Below are positions 1-8,566 of a stretch of 64,000 nucleotides of DNA, piece after piece (within the stretch, counting starts at the first letter, position 1; the number at the start of each line of letters is the position of its first letter). The stretch lies in the NCBI GenBank assembly GCA_963813335.1, contig CAWEYL010000003.1:512001-576000 (forward strand), written 5' to 3'. The translations under genes were made by a program, and so were the position numbers. The notes beneath the pieces were generated by a model that was not told the DNA's origin, made no database searches, and saw nothing but the letters and a program-made list of their open reading frames with translations. This DNA is from an uncultured Chloroflexia bacterium. Its GTDB lineage: Bacteria; Chloroflexota; Limnocylindria; Limnocylindrales; CSP1-4.

Positions 1-642
1 TTCGACGCGCTGATGGCCAAGATCGACAAGAAGCCGCTGCCGATCCTGCGCATCGCCGGGCGGCGCAAGGTGGGGCCCGGGCTCGCCTTCACGGCGGTCC
101 TCGGCTCGCTCTACAACAAGGCCAGCTACCCCGCCCTCGAGAAGGCCCTCGCGCTCGCCAAGGCCGGGGACGGCCGGCTCCTCGTCCTGCTGTCCGACCC
201 GTTCCGCGGGCGGAAGCCCAACGGCTCCTACTCGAACCAGAGCGACGCGTACTTCTCGAACACCTGCCTGGACTTCCCGGTCTCGGCCGACGTCGCCGAC
301 TACACGGCCCTCGCCAATAACCTCCGCAAGGTCGCGCCGCGGTTCCGGGCGGTGGCCTTCAACGACCTGCCGTGCGCGTTCTGGTCGGTCCCGCCCGAGC
401 GGACGCCGGCCCCGGCGACCGGCGCCGGCGCGCCGCCGATCGTGGTGATCGGCTCGACCGGGGACCCGGCGACGCCCTTCCAGTGGGCGAGGAACCTGGC
501 CGCCCAGCTCGAGTCCGGGACGCTCATCACCCGCAAGGGCGAGGGCCACACCGGCTACTTCTTCAGCAATTGCGTGCGGAAGGCGACGAACGCCTACCTG
601 CTCGCCCTGACGGTCCCCAAGAAGAACCTCGTCTGCAAGTAG
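1..642 (+). CDS. Alpha/beta hydrolase, TAP-like peptidase C-terminal part (5' truncated)
   Basis: Frame is open from base 1. Motifs VIGSTGDPATP and EGHTGY plus paired Cys are typical of the TAP-like hydrolase C-terminus. Confidence 0.8.
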   Translation, partial: FDALMAKIDKKPLPILRIAGRRKVGPGLAFTAVLGSLYNKASYPALEKALALAKAGDGRLLVLLSDPFRGRKPNGSYSNQSDAYFSNTCLDFPVSADVADYTALANNLRKVAPRFRAVAFNDLPCAFWSVPPERTPAPATGAGAPPIVVIGSTGDPATPFQWARNLAAQLESGTLITRKGEGHTGYFFSNCVRKATNAYLLALTVPKKNLVCK

Positions 643-658
643 GGTCGGGGCGCGGGCC

Positions 659-1045
659 TCAGCGGCGGTCCTGACCGACCACCACGAGCAGGAACGACGT
701 CTCGACCACGTCGATCCCCGCGATGACCAGCGCGACCAGCAGCGGCAGCGGGTGACCGAGACCCCAGCCCCCCGCGGCCGCGAACGCGGCGATGGCCAGG
801 AACGCCAGGCGCACGCCGCGGATCAACCCCGGCACGTCCGTGGTCCCCTCGGCCATCCGGGCGAGACTGCGCGACAGCAGCAGCACGCCGACCGCCACGG
901 ACGCGCCCACCAGCGCGGCGCGGATGACGGTCGGCGGCGTCACGAGCGCGTCGAGCAGGCCGGCGGTGGAGCCGAGGACCGTGGCCGCGACCACCGCGAC
1001 CGCGCCGATCGCGAGCGCCCCGAGCGACGCCGCGCGCGGGCTCAC
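659..1045 (-). CDS. Small membrane protein (about 4 TM), last gene of the cys operon
   Basis: Hydrophobic 128 aa ORF whose start overlaps the mec stop (GTGA). Confidence 0.65.
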   Translation of the reverse strand: MSPRAASLGALAIGAVAVVAATVLGSTAGLLDALVTPPTVIRAALVGASVAVGVLLLSRSLARMAEGTTDVPGLIRGVRLAFLAIAAFAAAGGWGLGHPLPLLVALVIAGIDVVETSFLLVVVGQDRR

Positions 1046-1492
1046 GCCAGCGTCACCTCGTGGACCTCGCCGGCGACGATCCGCCAGGCGCGGACGCCCG
1101 GCTCGCCGGTCGCGGGATCGGCCTGGTCGTCGGCCAGCGAGACCAGCAGGTACAGCGCGTCGGGGTAGAAGGCGAGGCCGATGTCGGTCGGCGACGGGAC
1201 CGCCGGCGAGTGCGTGTGCGAATGGACGATCCCCCAGAAGACCTCGTCCGCATCGTCGGTCGCGATCGTCAGGCGGTACAGGTCGTCGGGGTCGATCTCG
1301 TAGCGGAGCGGGGAGGCCGCCTTGTTCCTCGTGGCCTCGAAGCGGAGCGCCTGCCCGCCGTCAGCCGCCGGCGCGTCGCCCACGATCAGGCCGCACGCCT
1401 CGTTCGGGATACTCGGCCCGGGCATGCGCGACGAGCGCGGCGCGGATCGCCGCGGGGAGCACGGCGGTCGCCGGCCCGGGATGGGCGCTCAC
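1042..1492 (-). CDS. mec: CysO-cysteine peptidase, JAMM/M67 family (frameshift near 1410)
   Basis: NEACG and HSHTHSPAVPSPTD JAMM motifs. The N-terminus (AAIRAALVAHARAEYP) lies in the adjacent frame. GTGA overlap with cysM. Confidence 0.9.
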
Positions 1493-2526
1493 CACCAGTT
1501 GACGCCACCCTCGAGCGCGTCCTCCATCTCGTCGAGCGACATCGAGAACGTGCCGGCCGAGAGGTACTTCCAGCCGCCGTCGGGGAGCAGCGCCACGATC
1601 GTGCCGCCGTCCATCTCCCTGGCGACGCGGGCCGCGGCGACGAGCACGGCGCCGCACGACGGCCCGGCGAAGATGCCCTCGCGGAAGACGAGGTCGCGCA
1701 GCGCCGCGATCGAGTCCTCGTTCGAGACGAGGTACTTCGCATCGATCAGGTCGGGCTCGAAGATCTCGGGGATGAACCCCTCGTCGAGCGAGCGCAGCCC
1801 CTGGACCTTCTCGCCGGGGAGCGGCTCGACCGCAACGACCCGGACACCCGGCTTCTGCTCGTGGAGGTAGCGCGAGACGCCCATCAGCGTCCCGGAGGTG
1901 CCGAGGCCCGCGACGAACACGTCGATCTCGGGGCAGTCCGCGAGGATCTCCGGGCCGGTGGTCTCGTAGTGGGCGAGCGTGTTGGCCGGGTTCCCGTACT
2001 GGTACGGCATCACGAACCGCTCGTCCTTGGAGACGAGGTGCTTGGCCAGCGCGATCGAGCCGTTCGAGCCGAGCGCGCCGGGCGAGTCGATGACCTCCGC
2101 GCCGTAGAGCGCGGCCATCTGGCGCCGCTCGTTGGTGACGTTGTCGGGCATGACCAGCGCGACGCGGTAGCCCTTGCGCCGGCCGATCATCGCGAGCGCG
2201 ATGCCGGTGTTGCCCGAGGTTGGCTCGAGGATGATCGACTCGGGGCCGAGCAGCCCGCGCGCCTCGAGGTCCTCGATCAGGTACTTGGCGACGCGATCCT
2301 TGACCGAGCCGGTCGGGTTCAGCATCTCCAGCTTGGCGAAGATGTGGACGTCCGGGTTCGGGCTCATCCGCGGGATCTCGACGAGCGGCGTGTGCCCGAT
2401 CGCCTCGAGGATGTCGGTGTAGCGACCGCCGTGGGGGACCATCGCCTCGTGGGCGTGGGCGTGCGCGTGCGCCTCGTCGTGCGCGTGCGGGTCTTCGGCT
2501 TCGGGGAGCCGCCAGGGGACGGCCAT
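1489..2526 (-). CDS. cysM: PLP-dependent cysteine synthase, CysO-thiocarboxylate type
   Basis: NPTGSVKDR, TSGNTG, GLGTSGT and DGGWKYLS motifs; lies between cysO and mec. Confidence 0.9.
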   Translation of the reverse strand: MAVPWRLPEAEDPHAHDEAHAHAHAHEAMVPHGGRYTDILEAIGHTPLVEIPRMSPNPDVHIFAKLEMLNPTGSVKDRVAKYLIEDLEARGLLGPESIILEPTSGNTGIALAMIGRRKGYRVALVMPDNVTNERRQMAALYGAEVIDSPGALGSNGSIALAKHLVSKDERFVMPYQYGNPANTLAHYETTGPEILADCPEIDVFVAGLGTSGTLMGVSRYLHEQKPGVRVVAVEPLPGEKVQGLRSLDEGFIPEIFEPDLIDAKYLVSNEDSIAALRDLVFREGIFAGPSCGAVLVAAARVAREMDGGTIVALLPDGGWKYLSAGTFSMSLDEMEDALEGGVNWW

Positions 2527-2529
2527 GGG

Positions 2530-2802
2530 TCAGCCCCCGGCCATCGCCGGCAGGAGCCGGACCTCGTCCGCTGCCGCGACCGGCGTGTCCAGCCCGGCGA
2601 GATAGCGGACGTCCTGGCCGTTGATGTAGACGTTGACGAACCGGTTGAGCTCGCCGTCCTCGGTCAGCAGCTGGCCGCCCAGCGACGGATGCCGCTCCAC
2701 GAGCGCGTCGACGACGTCCCGGATCGAGCCGCCATCGAGCTCCAGCGACTTGGCGCCGCCGACGTTCGGGCGGAGCACGGCCGGGATGAAGACCGTGCTC
2801 AT
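2530..2802 (-). CDS. cysO: Ubiquitin-like sulfur carrier (MoaD/ThiS family)
   Basis: 90 aa, MSTVFIP...RFVNVYINGQDVRYL...PAMAGG, ending in Gly-Gly. ATGA overlap with moeZ. Confidence 0.9.
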   Translation of the reverse strand: MSTVFIPAVLRPNVGGAKSLELDGGSIRDVVDALVERHPSLGGQLLTEDGELNRFVNVYINGQDVRYLAGLDTPVAAADEVRLLPAMAGG

Positions 2803-4025
2803 GCGCGCGCCTCGGGCGAGACCGCGCCGGCGGCACCGGTCATCGTCATCGCGAACGGGATGTCGTCGCCGACCGCGTCCACGGTGATCGGGTGGCCGGC
2901 CTTGCGCGCGGCAACGGCCTTGTCCGAGCAGACCGGGCACTCCGGGTCGCGGCGGAGCTTGAGCTCGGTGAACTCGGTCTCGAGGGCATCGAACAGGAGC
3001 AGCCGGCCGGCCAGCGTGTTGCCGATCCCGAGGAGCACCTTGAGCGCCTCGTTCGCCTGGAGCAGGCCGAGGATGCCGGGGACGACGCCGAGGACGCCGG
3101 CCACGGAGCAGCCGGGCGCGAGCTCGGGCGGCGGCGGGGTCGGGTACAGGCAGCGGTAGCACGGCCCCTCGAACGGGACGAAGGTCGTGAGCTGGCCCTC
3201 GAAGCGGAAGACCGAGGCGTGGATGACCGGGATGCCGGCCGCGACCGCCGCGTCGTTGAGGATGTAGCGGGTCTCGAACGTGTCGGTGCCGTCGAGGATC
3301 ACGTCGTAGCCGGCGATGATCCGCTCGACGTTCGCGCCGACCAGCATCTCCTCGTGGGCGACCACCTTGATCTCGGGGTTGAGCGCCTGGATCGCGATCC
3401 GCGCGGACTCGACCTTGCGCTCGCCGACCCGGTCGGTCGTGTGGATGATCTGGCGCTGCAGGTTGCTGACGTCGACGACGTCGAAGTCGACGATGCCGAT
3501 GGTCCCGACGCCCGCCGCGGCGAGGTACAGCGCGCCCGGCGAGCCGAGCCCGCCGGCGCCGATGAACAGCGCCTTCGAGCCGAGCAGCTTCGCCTGGCCG
3601 GCCGAGCCGACCTCGGGGATCAGCAGGTGGCGGCTGTAGCGCTGCTTCTGCTCCGCCGAGAGCACGACCGGCGTCTCGAACTCGAGGCCGGCGCCCTTCC
3701 AGGCCTGGAAGCCGCCCGACATCGACTTGACGTTCGTGTAGCCCATGTCGGCGAGGGTCTGGGCCGCGAACAGCGACCGCACGCCGCCCGCGCAGTACAG
3801 GATCACCGGGGCGTCGCGGTCCGGGACCGCGCCCTCGATCTGCTGCTCGATGTAGGACTTGGAGATGTGGACGGCGCCGGGGAGGTGGCCCTGGTCCCAC
3901 TCGGAGGCCTCGCGGACGTCGATGATCGCCGCGCTCCCGGGCGCGAGGGCGTCCACCTGCTGGGAGGTGACTTCATCGATCTGGGCGCGGGCCTCGCGCA
4001 GGAGGTCGGCGTAGGACTTCGGCAT
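2799..4025 (-). CDS. moeZ: Rhodanese-ThiF/MoeB sulfur-carrier adenylyltransferase/sulfurtransferase
   Basis: N-terminal rhodanese (YCAGGVRS), then RYSRH, GAGGLGSP, SNLQRQ and CYRC/CPVC zinc motifs. Confidence 0.9.
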   Translation of the reverse strand: MPKSYADLLREARAQIDEVTSQQVDALAPGSAAIIDVREASEWDQGHLPGAVHISKSYIEQQIEGAVPDRDAPVILYCAGGVRSLFAAQTLADMGYTNVKSMSGGFQAWKGAGLEFETPVVLSAEQKQRYSRHLLIPEVGSAGQAKLLGSKALFIGAGGLGSPGALYLAAAGVGTIGIVDFDVVDVSNLQRQIIHTTDRVGERKVESARIAIQALNPEIKVVAHEEMLVGANVERIIAGYDVILDGTDTFETRYILNDAAVAAGIPVIHASVFRFEGQLTTFVPFEGPCYRCLYPTPPPPELAPGCSVAGVLGVVPGILGLLQANEALKVLLGIGNTLAGRLLLFDALETEFTELKLRRDPECPVCSDKAVAARKAGHPITVDAVGDDIPFAMTMTGAAGAVSPEARA

Positions 4026-4077
4026 GGGGCTGGTTGGCTCCGATGGGACGACGGGCTGGCGGCTGGCGCCAGGGCGG

Positions 4078-4111
4078 AAACGAAAGAGAGGACGGCCCCC
4101 AGGCCGTCCTC
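4078..4111 (-). terminator. Intrinsic terminator/attenuator upstream of moeZ
   Basis: 10-bp stem GAGGACGGCC/GGCCGTCCTC with a 4-nt loop, followed on the minus strand by TCTTTCGTTT. Confidence 0.75.
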
Positions 4112-4159
4112 ACGATGAGTGGTTCGCGGGCGGGGGCGGTTCGGATGACTCGCCGGCGA

Positions 4160-4204
4160 TCAGGCCGGCCGGCGACACCTGCAGCGGCGCTCGATCCCGG
4201 TCAT
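4160..4204 (-). CDS. Putative cysteine leader peptide MTGIERRCRCRRPA
   Basis: ATG overlaps the sufU TGA (ATGA). TGC-AGG-TGT codons. Precedes a terminator and the cysteine synthesis genes. Confidence 0.55.
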   Translation of the reverse strand: MTGIERRCRCRRPA

Positions 4205-4617
4205 GCGCCGGCCTCGGCGGGGCTGGGGGTGAGGTTGGTGGGATCGGCCGCGCCGAGGTCCGCCAGCACGTGCTGGAGGCTGTCGTGGCTGAGCATCGCG
4301 CACTTGAGGCGGGCCGGGCTGATCTCGATGCCGAGCAGGTCGAGCAGGTCGTCGGCGCGGAAGCCACTGACCTCGGCGAGCGGCTTGCCCTTGATCTCGT
4401 CGGTCAGGAGCGAGGCGCTGGCCTGGCTGATCGCGCAGCCGCGGCCGGTGAAGCCGACGCGGTCCACGACCCCGTCCTTCACCCCGAGCATCAGCGTGAT
4501 CCGGTCGCCGCAGAGCGGGTTGGCGCCCTCGTACGACGCGTCGGCGTCCTCGACGACCCCGAAGTTGTGGGGGCGCCGGTAGTGCTCGAGGATGTAGTCG
4601 CGGTAGAGGTCGTCCAT
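4201..4617 (-). CDS. sufU: SUF system NifU-like protein
   Basis: LYRDYILEHY, NPLCGD, GCAISQASAS and ARLKCAML motifs. Confidence 0.9.
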   Translation of the reverse strand: MDDLYRDYILEHYRRPHNFGVVEDADASYEGANPLCGDRITLMLGVKDGVVDRVGFTGRGCAISQASASLLTDEIKGKPLAEVSGFRADDLLDLLGIEISPARLKCAMLSHDSLQHVLADLGAADPTNLTPSPAEAGA

Positions 4618-4643
4618 GGCTGTCTCGAAGTCTAGCGCGTCTG

Positions 4644-4674
4644 TCTAATCCCGACCAGCAAGGTCGGGATTAGA
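4644..4674. promoter_or_regulatory. IscR/Rrf2-type operator upstream of sufU
   Basis: Perfect 13-bp inverted repeat TCTAATCCCGACC-N5-GGTCGGGATTAGA. Minus-strand -10-like TAGACT at 4634-4629. Matches the site upstream of rrf2. Confidence 0.75.
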
Positions 4675-4703
4675 TCCGGCCGGCTCGGGCCCGTCGGTGG
4701 GCA

Positions 4704-4778
4704 GGGACGCGTCAGAGCGCCGGGACGCGTCGGAGCGCGGCCGGGGCGCCGTCCTCGTGCTCGGGGCGCCGTCCTCGT
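4704..4778. repeat. Two pairs of short tandem duplications
   Basis: GGGACGCGTC(A/G)GAGCGC at 4704 and 4722; CGGGGCGCCGTCCTCGT at 4742 and 4762. Confidence 0.7.
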
Positions 4779-4975
4779 ACCCTGGGCCGTCATCGTCACG
4801 CGCTGGCGCCGTTGTCGTGCGCTGGGCCATCCATGGACCGTCCGACAAAGGAGCCGCATGGGATCGCCGTCGGATAGTCCTCTGACCACCTCGGATGCTC
4901 TCTTCGTCGTCGATCGGCCCGCCATTGGTCATTTCGATGAAGGAGGACGAGCGGGCGACCGCCTCCGGACCTTCG

Positions 4976-5054
4976 GCTGGCCGGTCGGACGGTCCGTCGG
5001 CAGCCCACGCGTGCCAGCCCGCTGGCCGGTCGGACGGTCCGTCGGCAGACCACG
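4976..5054. repeat. 34-bp direct repeat with internal palindrome
   Basis: GCTGGCCGGTCGGACGGTCCGTCGGCAG(C/A)CCACG at 4976 and 5021, period 45. Confidence 0.8.
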
Positions 5055-5169
5055 TCGGCCCGTGAGCGCAGTGGCCGGCTGTGCGGGTCAGTACTGTTGC
5101 GACCCTTGGACGGTACGAAACGCTCCCTGCACGGCGGTCGCGAGGCCCTATCGTCCATCACCCGTGGTG

Positions 5170-6450
5170 ATGAGTGGCGCGCACCCGACCTCCATCTCGC
5201 TGTCTGGCCAGGCATCGAAGCGAGGCCCGATCCGGCGGGTGCCCACGGCCGAGCGCCTCACGGGCGACATCGAGACCTGGCTCCGGACCGAGTACGCGAC
5301 GGCCGTCCGTTCGATCCTGCGTCAGATCAAGTCGACCGGTGAGGAGCGCCTGCTGGTCGACTTCCATCCCGCGGCCGCGCCTGTCGCGATCGTCGTGAGC
5401 GAGTCGGGTCAGGTCGACGTCACGATGGAGGCTGTCTACGCGGGTCCCGGGTATCACCGCTTCGTCGGGCGCGTGCTCGAGCGTCTCGGGCAGGAACTCT
5501 CGATCGAGTGGGACGCACCGTCCGACGATCCGTCGGCGGCCGTCAGCTTCAGTGATCGCGCGGCGACCGAGCACGACTACCTGGGCTGGCTCGGGACGGC
5601 GCTCGCCGACGTCCGCGCAGCACGGCGGCTCGGATCAGGACCGCAGCATCTCGGCACCCCGTCAGGCGTGACGTACTCGATCGGCGGGGCGCTCGCCACG
5701 GTCCTGGGACCACGCGACGACACATGGCTCGATGCCGCGATCGCCGATCCGCGCCATGCGATCGACATCGTGCCCTGGTGGGCCGACGCGACCGACGGCC
5801 GATCCCTCATGAATCAGGCGCTCGTTCTGATGTGGCTCGAGATCCGCTGGCGCCGTCCCGCCCTCGAGGGTGAAGCGGCGACATTCGACGAGGTCCATCG
5901 CCTCCTGTCACGCGCATACCCGCTCGACCCGGACCTCCCCTACCCGTGGACCGCCTGGGCGGAGTTGGCCACCCTTCGCGGCATCGATGACCCGATGGCC
6001 CGACAGGCGATCGCGCGGGCGGAACGCGACGGCGAGCCACCCGGGCCTCCGATCGGCTATCGGCGCCTGCCCGTCCGGATCAGCCACGAGGGTTGGGTCC
6101 TGGATGGCGTCCCCGGCTCGTTCGCAGAGCGCCGGACCGACGAGGAGTGGTGGGGCGGCGGAGCGGGCCGAGGCATCACGCTCGCCGCGATCGACACCGG
6201 AACGATGAGCGCGGAAGCATTCCTCGATCAGGTCGCAGCCGGGCTCGGCCCGGACGTCCTGGATCATCGGGCCGGTCCGATCGTCGGTCGTGGGCGGCTG
6301 ACGTCAGATGCGAGTTCCGGTGTGGCCGTCGGGGTCGTCGAAGGGTTCTCGGCCGTGCCCGGTTCCGGTGCGGTGATCCGCATCGTCTTCGACGATCCGG
6401 CCGACTGGCAATGGGCGCTCGAGACGTGGCGAGGGCTCGCCCCGGGCTGA
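5170..6450 (+). CDS. Hypothetical protein (~426 aa, GPGYH motif)
   Basis: Long globular-looking ORF. The upstream extension to 4858 is repeat-derived, so the start is placed at ATG 5170. Confidence 0.6.
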   Translation: MSGAHPTSISLSGQASKRGPIRRVPTAERLTGDIETWLRTEYATAVRSILRQIKSTGEERLLVDFHPAAAPVAIVVSESGQVDVTMEAVYAGPGYHRFVGRVLERLGQELSIEWDAPSDDPSAAVSFSDRAATEHDYLGWLGTALADVRAARRLGSGPQHLGTPSGVTYSIGGALATVLGPRDDTWLDAAIADPRHAIDIVPWWADATDGRSLMNQALVLMWLEIRWRRPALEGEAATFDEVHRLLSRAYPLDPDLPYPWTAWAELATLRGIDDPMARQAIARAERDGEPPGPPIGYRRLPVRISHEGWVLDGVPGSFAERRTDEEWWGGGAGRGITLAAIDTGTMSAEAFLDQVAAGLGPDVLDHRAGPIVGRGRLTSDASSGVAVGVVEGFSAVPGSGAVIRIVFDDPADWQWALETWRGLAPG

Positions 6451-6529
6451 ATGCCGCAGGAGGGGGCGATCGCGCTGGCCTCCGATCGGCTGCGCGCGGC
6501 GTGGAGGGTCGTCGTGCGATGCTTCGAGG

Positions 6530-7172
6530 ATGTACGTGCCCGCCCATTTCAAACCCGACGACGACGAGGTCCGCGAGCTCCTGCGGAATGTCGGGGCCGC
6601 CGACCTGATCACCTCGACCGCCGACGGGCTGCTCGCGACGATGCTGCCGCTCATCTGGATCGAGCCGAAGGCCGGCACGGACGGCTGGGGTGTCCTGCAC
6701 GGGCACGTCGCGCGCAACAACCGACAATGGAAGGTGCCCGCGGTCGGCGACGCCATGGCCATCATCCGGGGCCCGAACGCGTACATCTCGCCGGCCTGGT
6801 ACGCGACGAAACGCGAGCACGGCCGCGTGGTCCCGACCTGGAACTACATCACCGCCCACGTCCACGGCCGGCTCGTCATCCACGACGATCCGGCCTGGGT
6901 CGAGGTCAACGTGCGGGCCCTGAGCGACCGCCACGAGGCGGCGCGCGAGCAGCCCTGGTCGGTCGACGACGCGCCCGTGCCCTACATCGAGGGCCAGCTG
7001 AAGGCGATCGTCGGCGTCGAGCTCGTCGATCGACCGCGTCGAGGGCAAGTGGAAGCTCAGCCAGAACCGCTCCGACGCGGACATCGCCGGCACGATCGAG
7101 GGCCTCGAGGCGTCCGGCGAGAAAGGGGTCTCGGCGGCGATCCGGGCGCTCGGACGAGGCGGCCCGACCTAG
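6530..7172 (+). CDS. paiB: PaiB-like FMN-binding protein (frameshift near 7030)
   Basis: MYVPAHF, GHVARNN, YISPAWY and VPTWNY motifs; continues as RVEGKWKLSQNR in a shifted frame to TAG 7172. Confidence 0.85.
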
Positions 7173-7296
7173 CCGAGGACGCCCTCCCATCCTTCGCCAC
7201 GCGACAGGGCAGGACGCGTATGCTCCATCCATCACGGTCAGGCGTCGAGCCTCACTTCCGGATCGCGACCCGGAACGCAGCCTAGCGCCTGCAGGT

Positions 7297-7397
7297 GAAG
7301 GGACTGGCTCACAGTCCCGACTTGGTTGTCACAGATGGAGGAGGCCCGGGTTCGGCGTATCGCGCCGCCCGTTGGTCCATCGGGACACAAGCCCTTC
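7297..7397 (+). promoter_or_regulatory. Structured 5' leader of ABC operon 1 (riboswitch candidate)
   Basis: Nested pairings GAAGGG/CCCTTC, CTTG/CAAG, TGTC/GACA, GATGGA/TCCATC and CGGCG/CGCCG end just before the GAGGAGG RBS. Confidence 0.35.
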
Positions 7398-7412
7398 GTT
7401 GAGGAGGTACAC

Positions 7413-8535
7413 GTGCAAAACCAGAAGGTCCGTCTCGCCGCCTTGTTCGGGATCGCAGCGTTGCTCCTGGCGGCATGCAGCAGCGCCGGCTCATCGCCCG
7501 CGGTCGCGGCAAAGGACGCCAAGTCGGCCGCCGACATGGGCGGTGTCGACGCCGTCTGCGCCGCCGGCAAGACCGAGGGCACCGTCAACATCATCGCCAC
7601 CCCGCCCGACTGGGCGAACTACGGGCAGATGATCACCGACTTCACGGCGAAGTACGGGATCAAGGTCCAGTCCGACAAGCCCGGACGGCAACAGCCAGGA
7701 CGAGATCAACCAGGCCACCCAGCTGGCCGGCACCGGGCGCCAGCCCGACCTCTTCGACCTGGGATCCGTCGTCGCCGCGGCGCACACCGACATGTACGCC
7801 CCGTACAAGGTGGCCACGTGGGCGGACATCCCCGACGCCAACAAGGAGGCCACCGGCCTCTGGTGGAACAACTACACCGGGTTCATCACGATCGGCTACG
7901 ACACCAAGCTCGGCGACATCCAGAAGCTCGCCGACCTCGCCGATCCCAAGTACAAGGGCAAGGTCGCGCTCAACGGCGATCCGCTCAAGGCGTCGGCCGG
8001 CTTCAACGGCGTGGTCGCGGCCTCCCTGGCCAATGGCGGCTCCGCGGATAACATCGCGCCCGGTGTCGACTTCTTCAAGAAGCTCGCCGATAGCGGCAAC
8101 CTCATCCCGGTCGACCCGGACCCAGGCACGATCGCGGCGGGGACCACCCCGATCGTGATCGACTGGACCTACACCAACGGCGCCCAGACCGCAGTCCTCG
8201 CGCCGAAGGGCATCACCTGGAAGACCGTCGTCCCGTCGGACTCGCCGCCGGTCGCCGCCTACTACAACTCGGCGATCAACAAGGACGCCGCGCATCCCGC
8301 GGCCGCCCGCTGCTGGTTTGAATACGCGTTCTCGGACGCCGGCCAGAACACGTGGCTGAAGGGCTTCGCCCTGCCAGTCCGCCTGGCCGCCATGCAGAAG
8401 GCCGGGACCGCCGACGCGGCAGCCCTCGCCGCCATCAACCCGCCGACGACCCCGCCGGTCCAGCTGACCCAGGCGCAGACCGACACGGCCACGAAGTACC
8501 TCACCGACAACTGGAAGTTCATCGCCATCAAGTAG
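7413..8535 (+). CDS. ABC substrate-binding lipoprotein, PotD/AfuA-like (frameshift near 7685)
   Basis: RBS GAGGAGG, GTG start, lipobox LLAAC, ATPPDWANYG; paralog of 55111-56250. Confidence 0.85.
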
Positions 8536-8566
8536 CCCGGCCTCTCGGTCGAGCGGTCGCGTCGAC

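Noticed and set aside
1042-4025. E1-like, ubiquitin-like and JAB genes as an anti-phage ubiquitination system
   Set aside because: No E2 or CD-NTase; cysM sits in the middle, matching the known CysO/CysM/Mec sulfur pathway.
4030-4200. SAM riboswitch upstream of moeZ
   Set aside because: No GGCAACC...GGTGC core; the leader-peptide model fits better.
4976-5054. Palindromic direct repeats as a mini-CRISPR
   Set aside because: Only two copies, an 11-nt gap and no cas genes.
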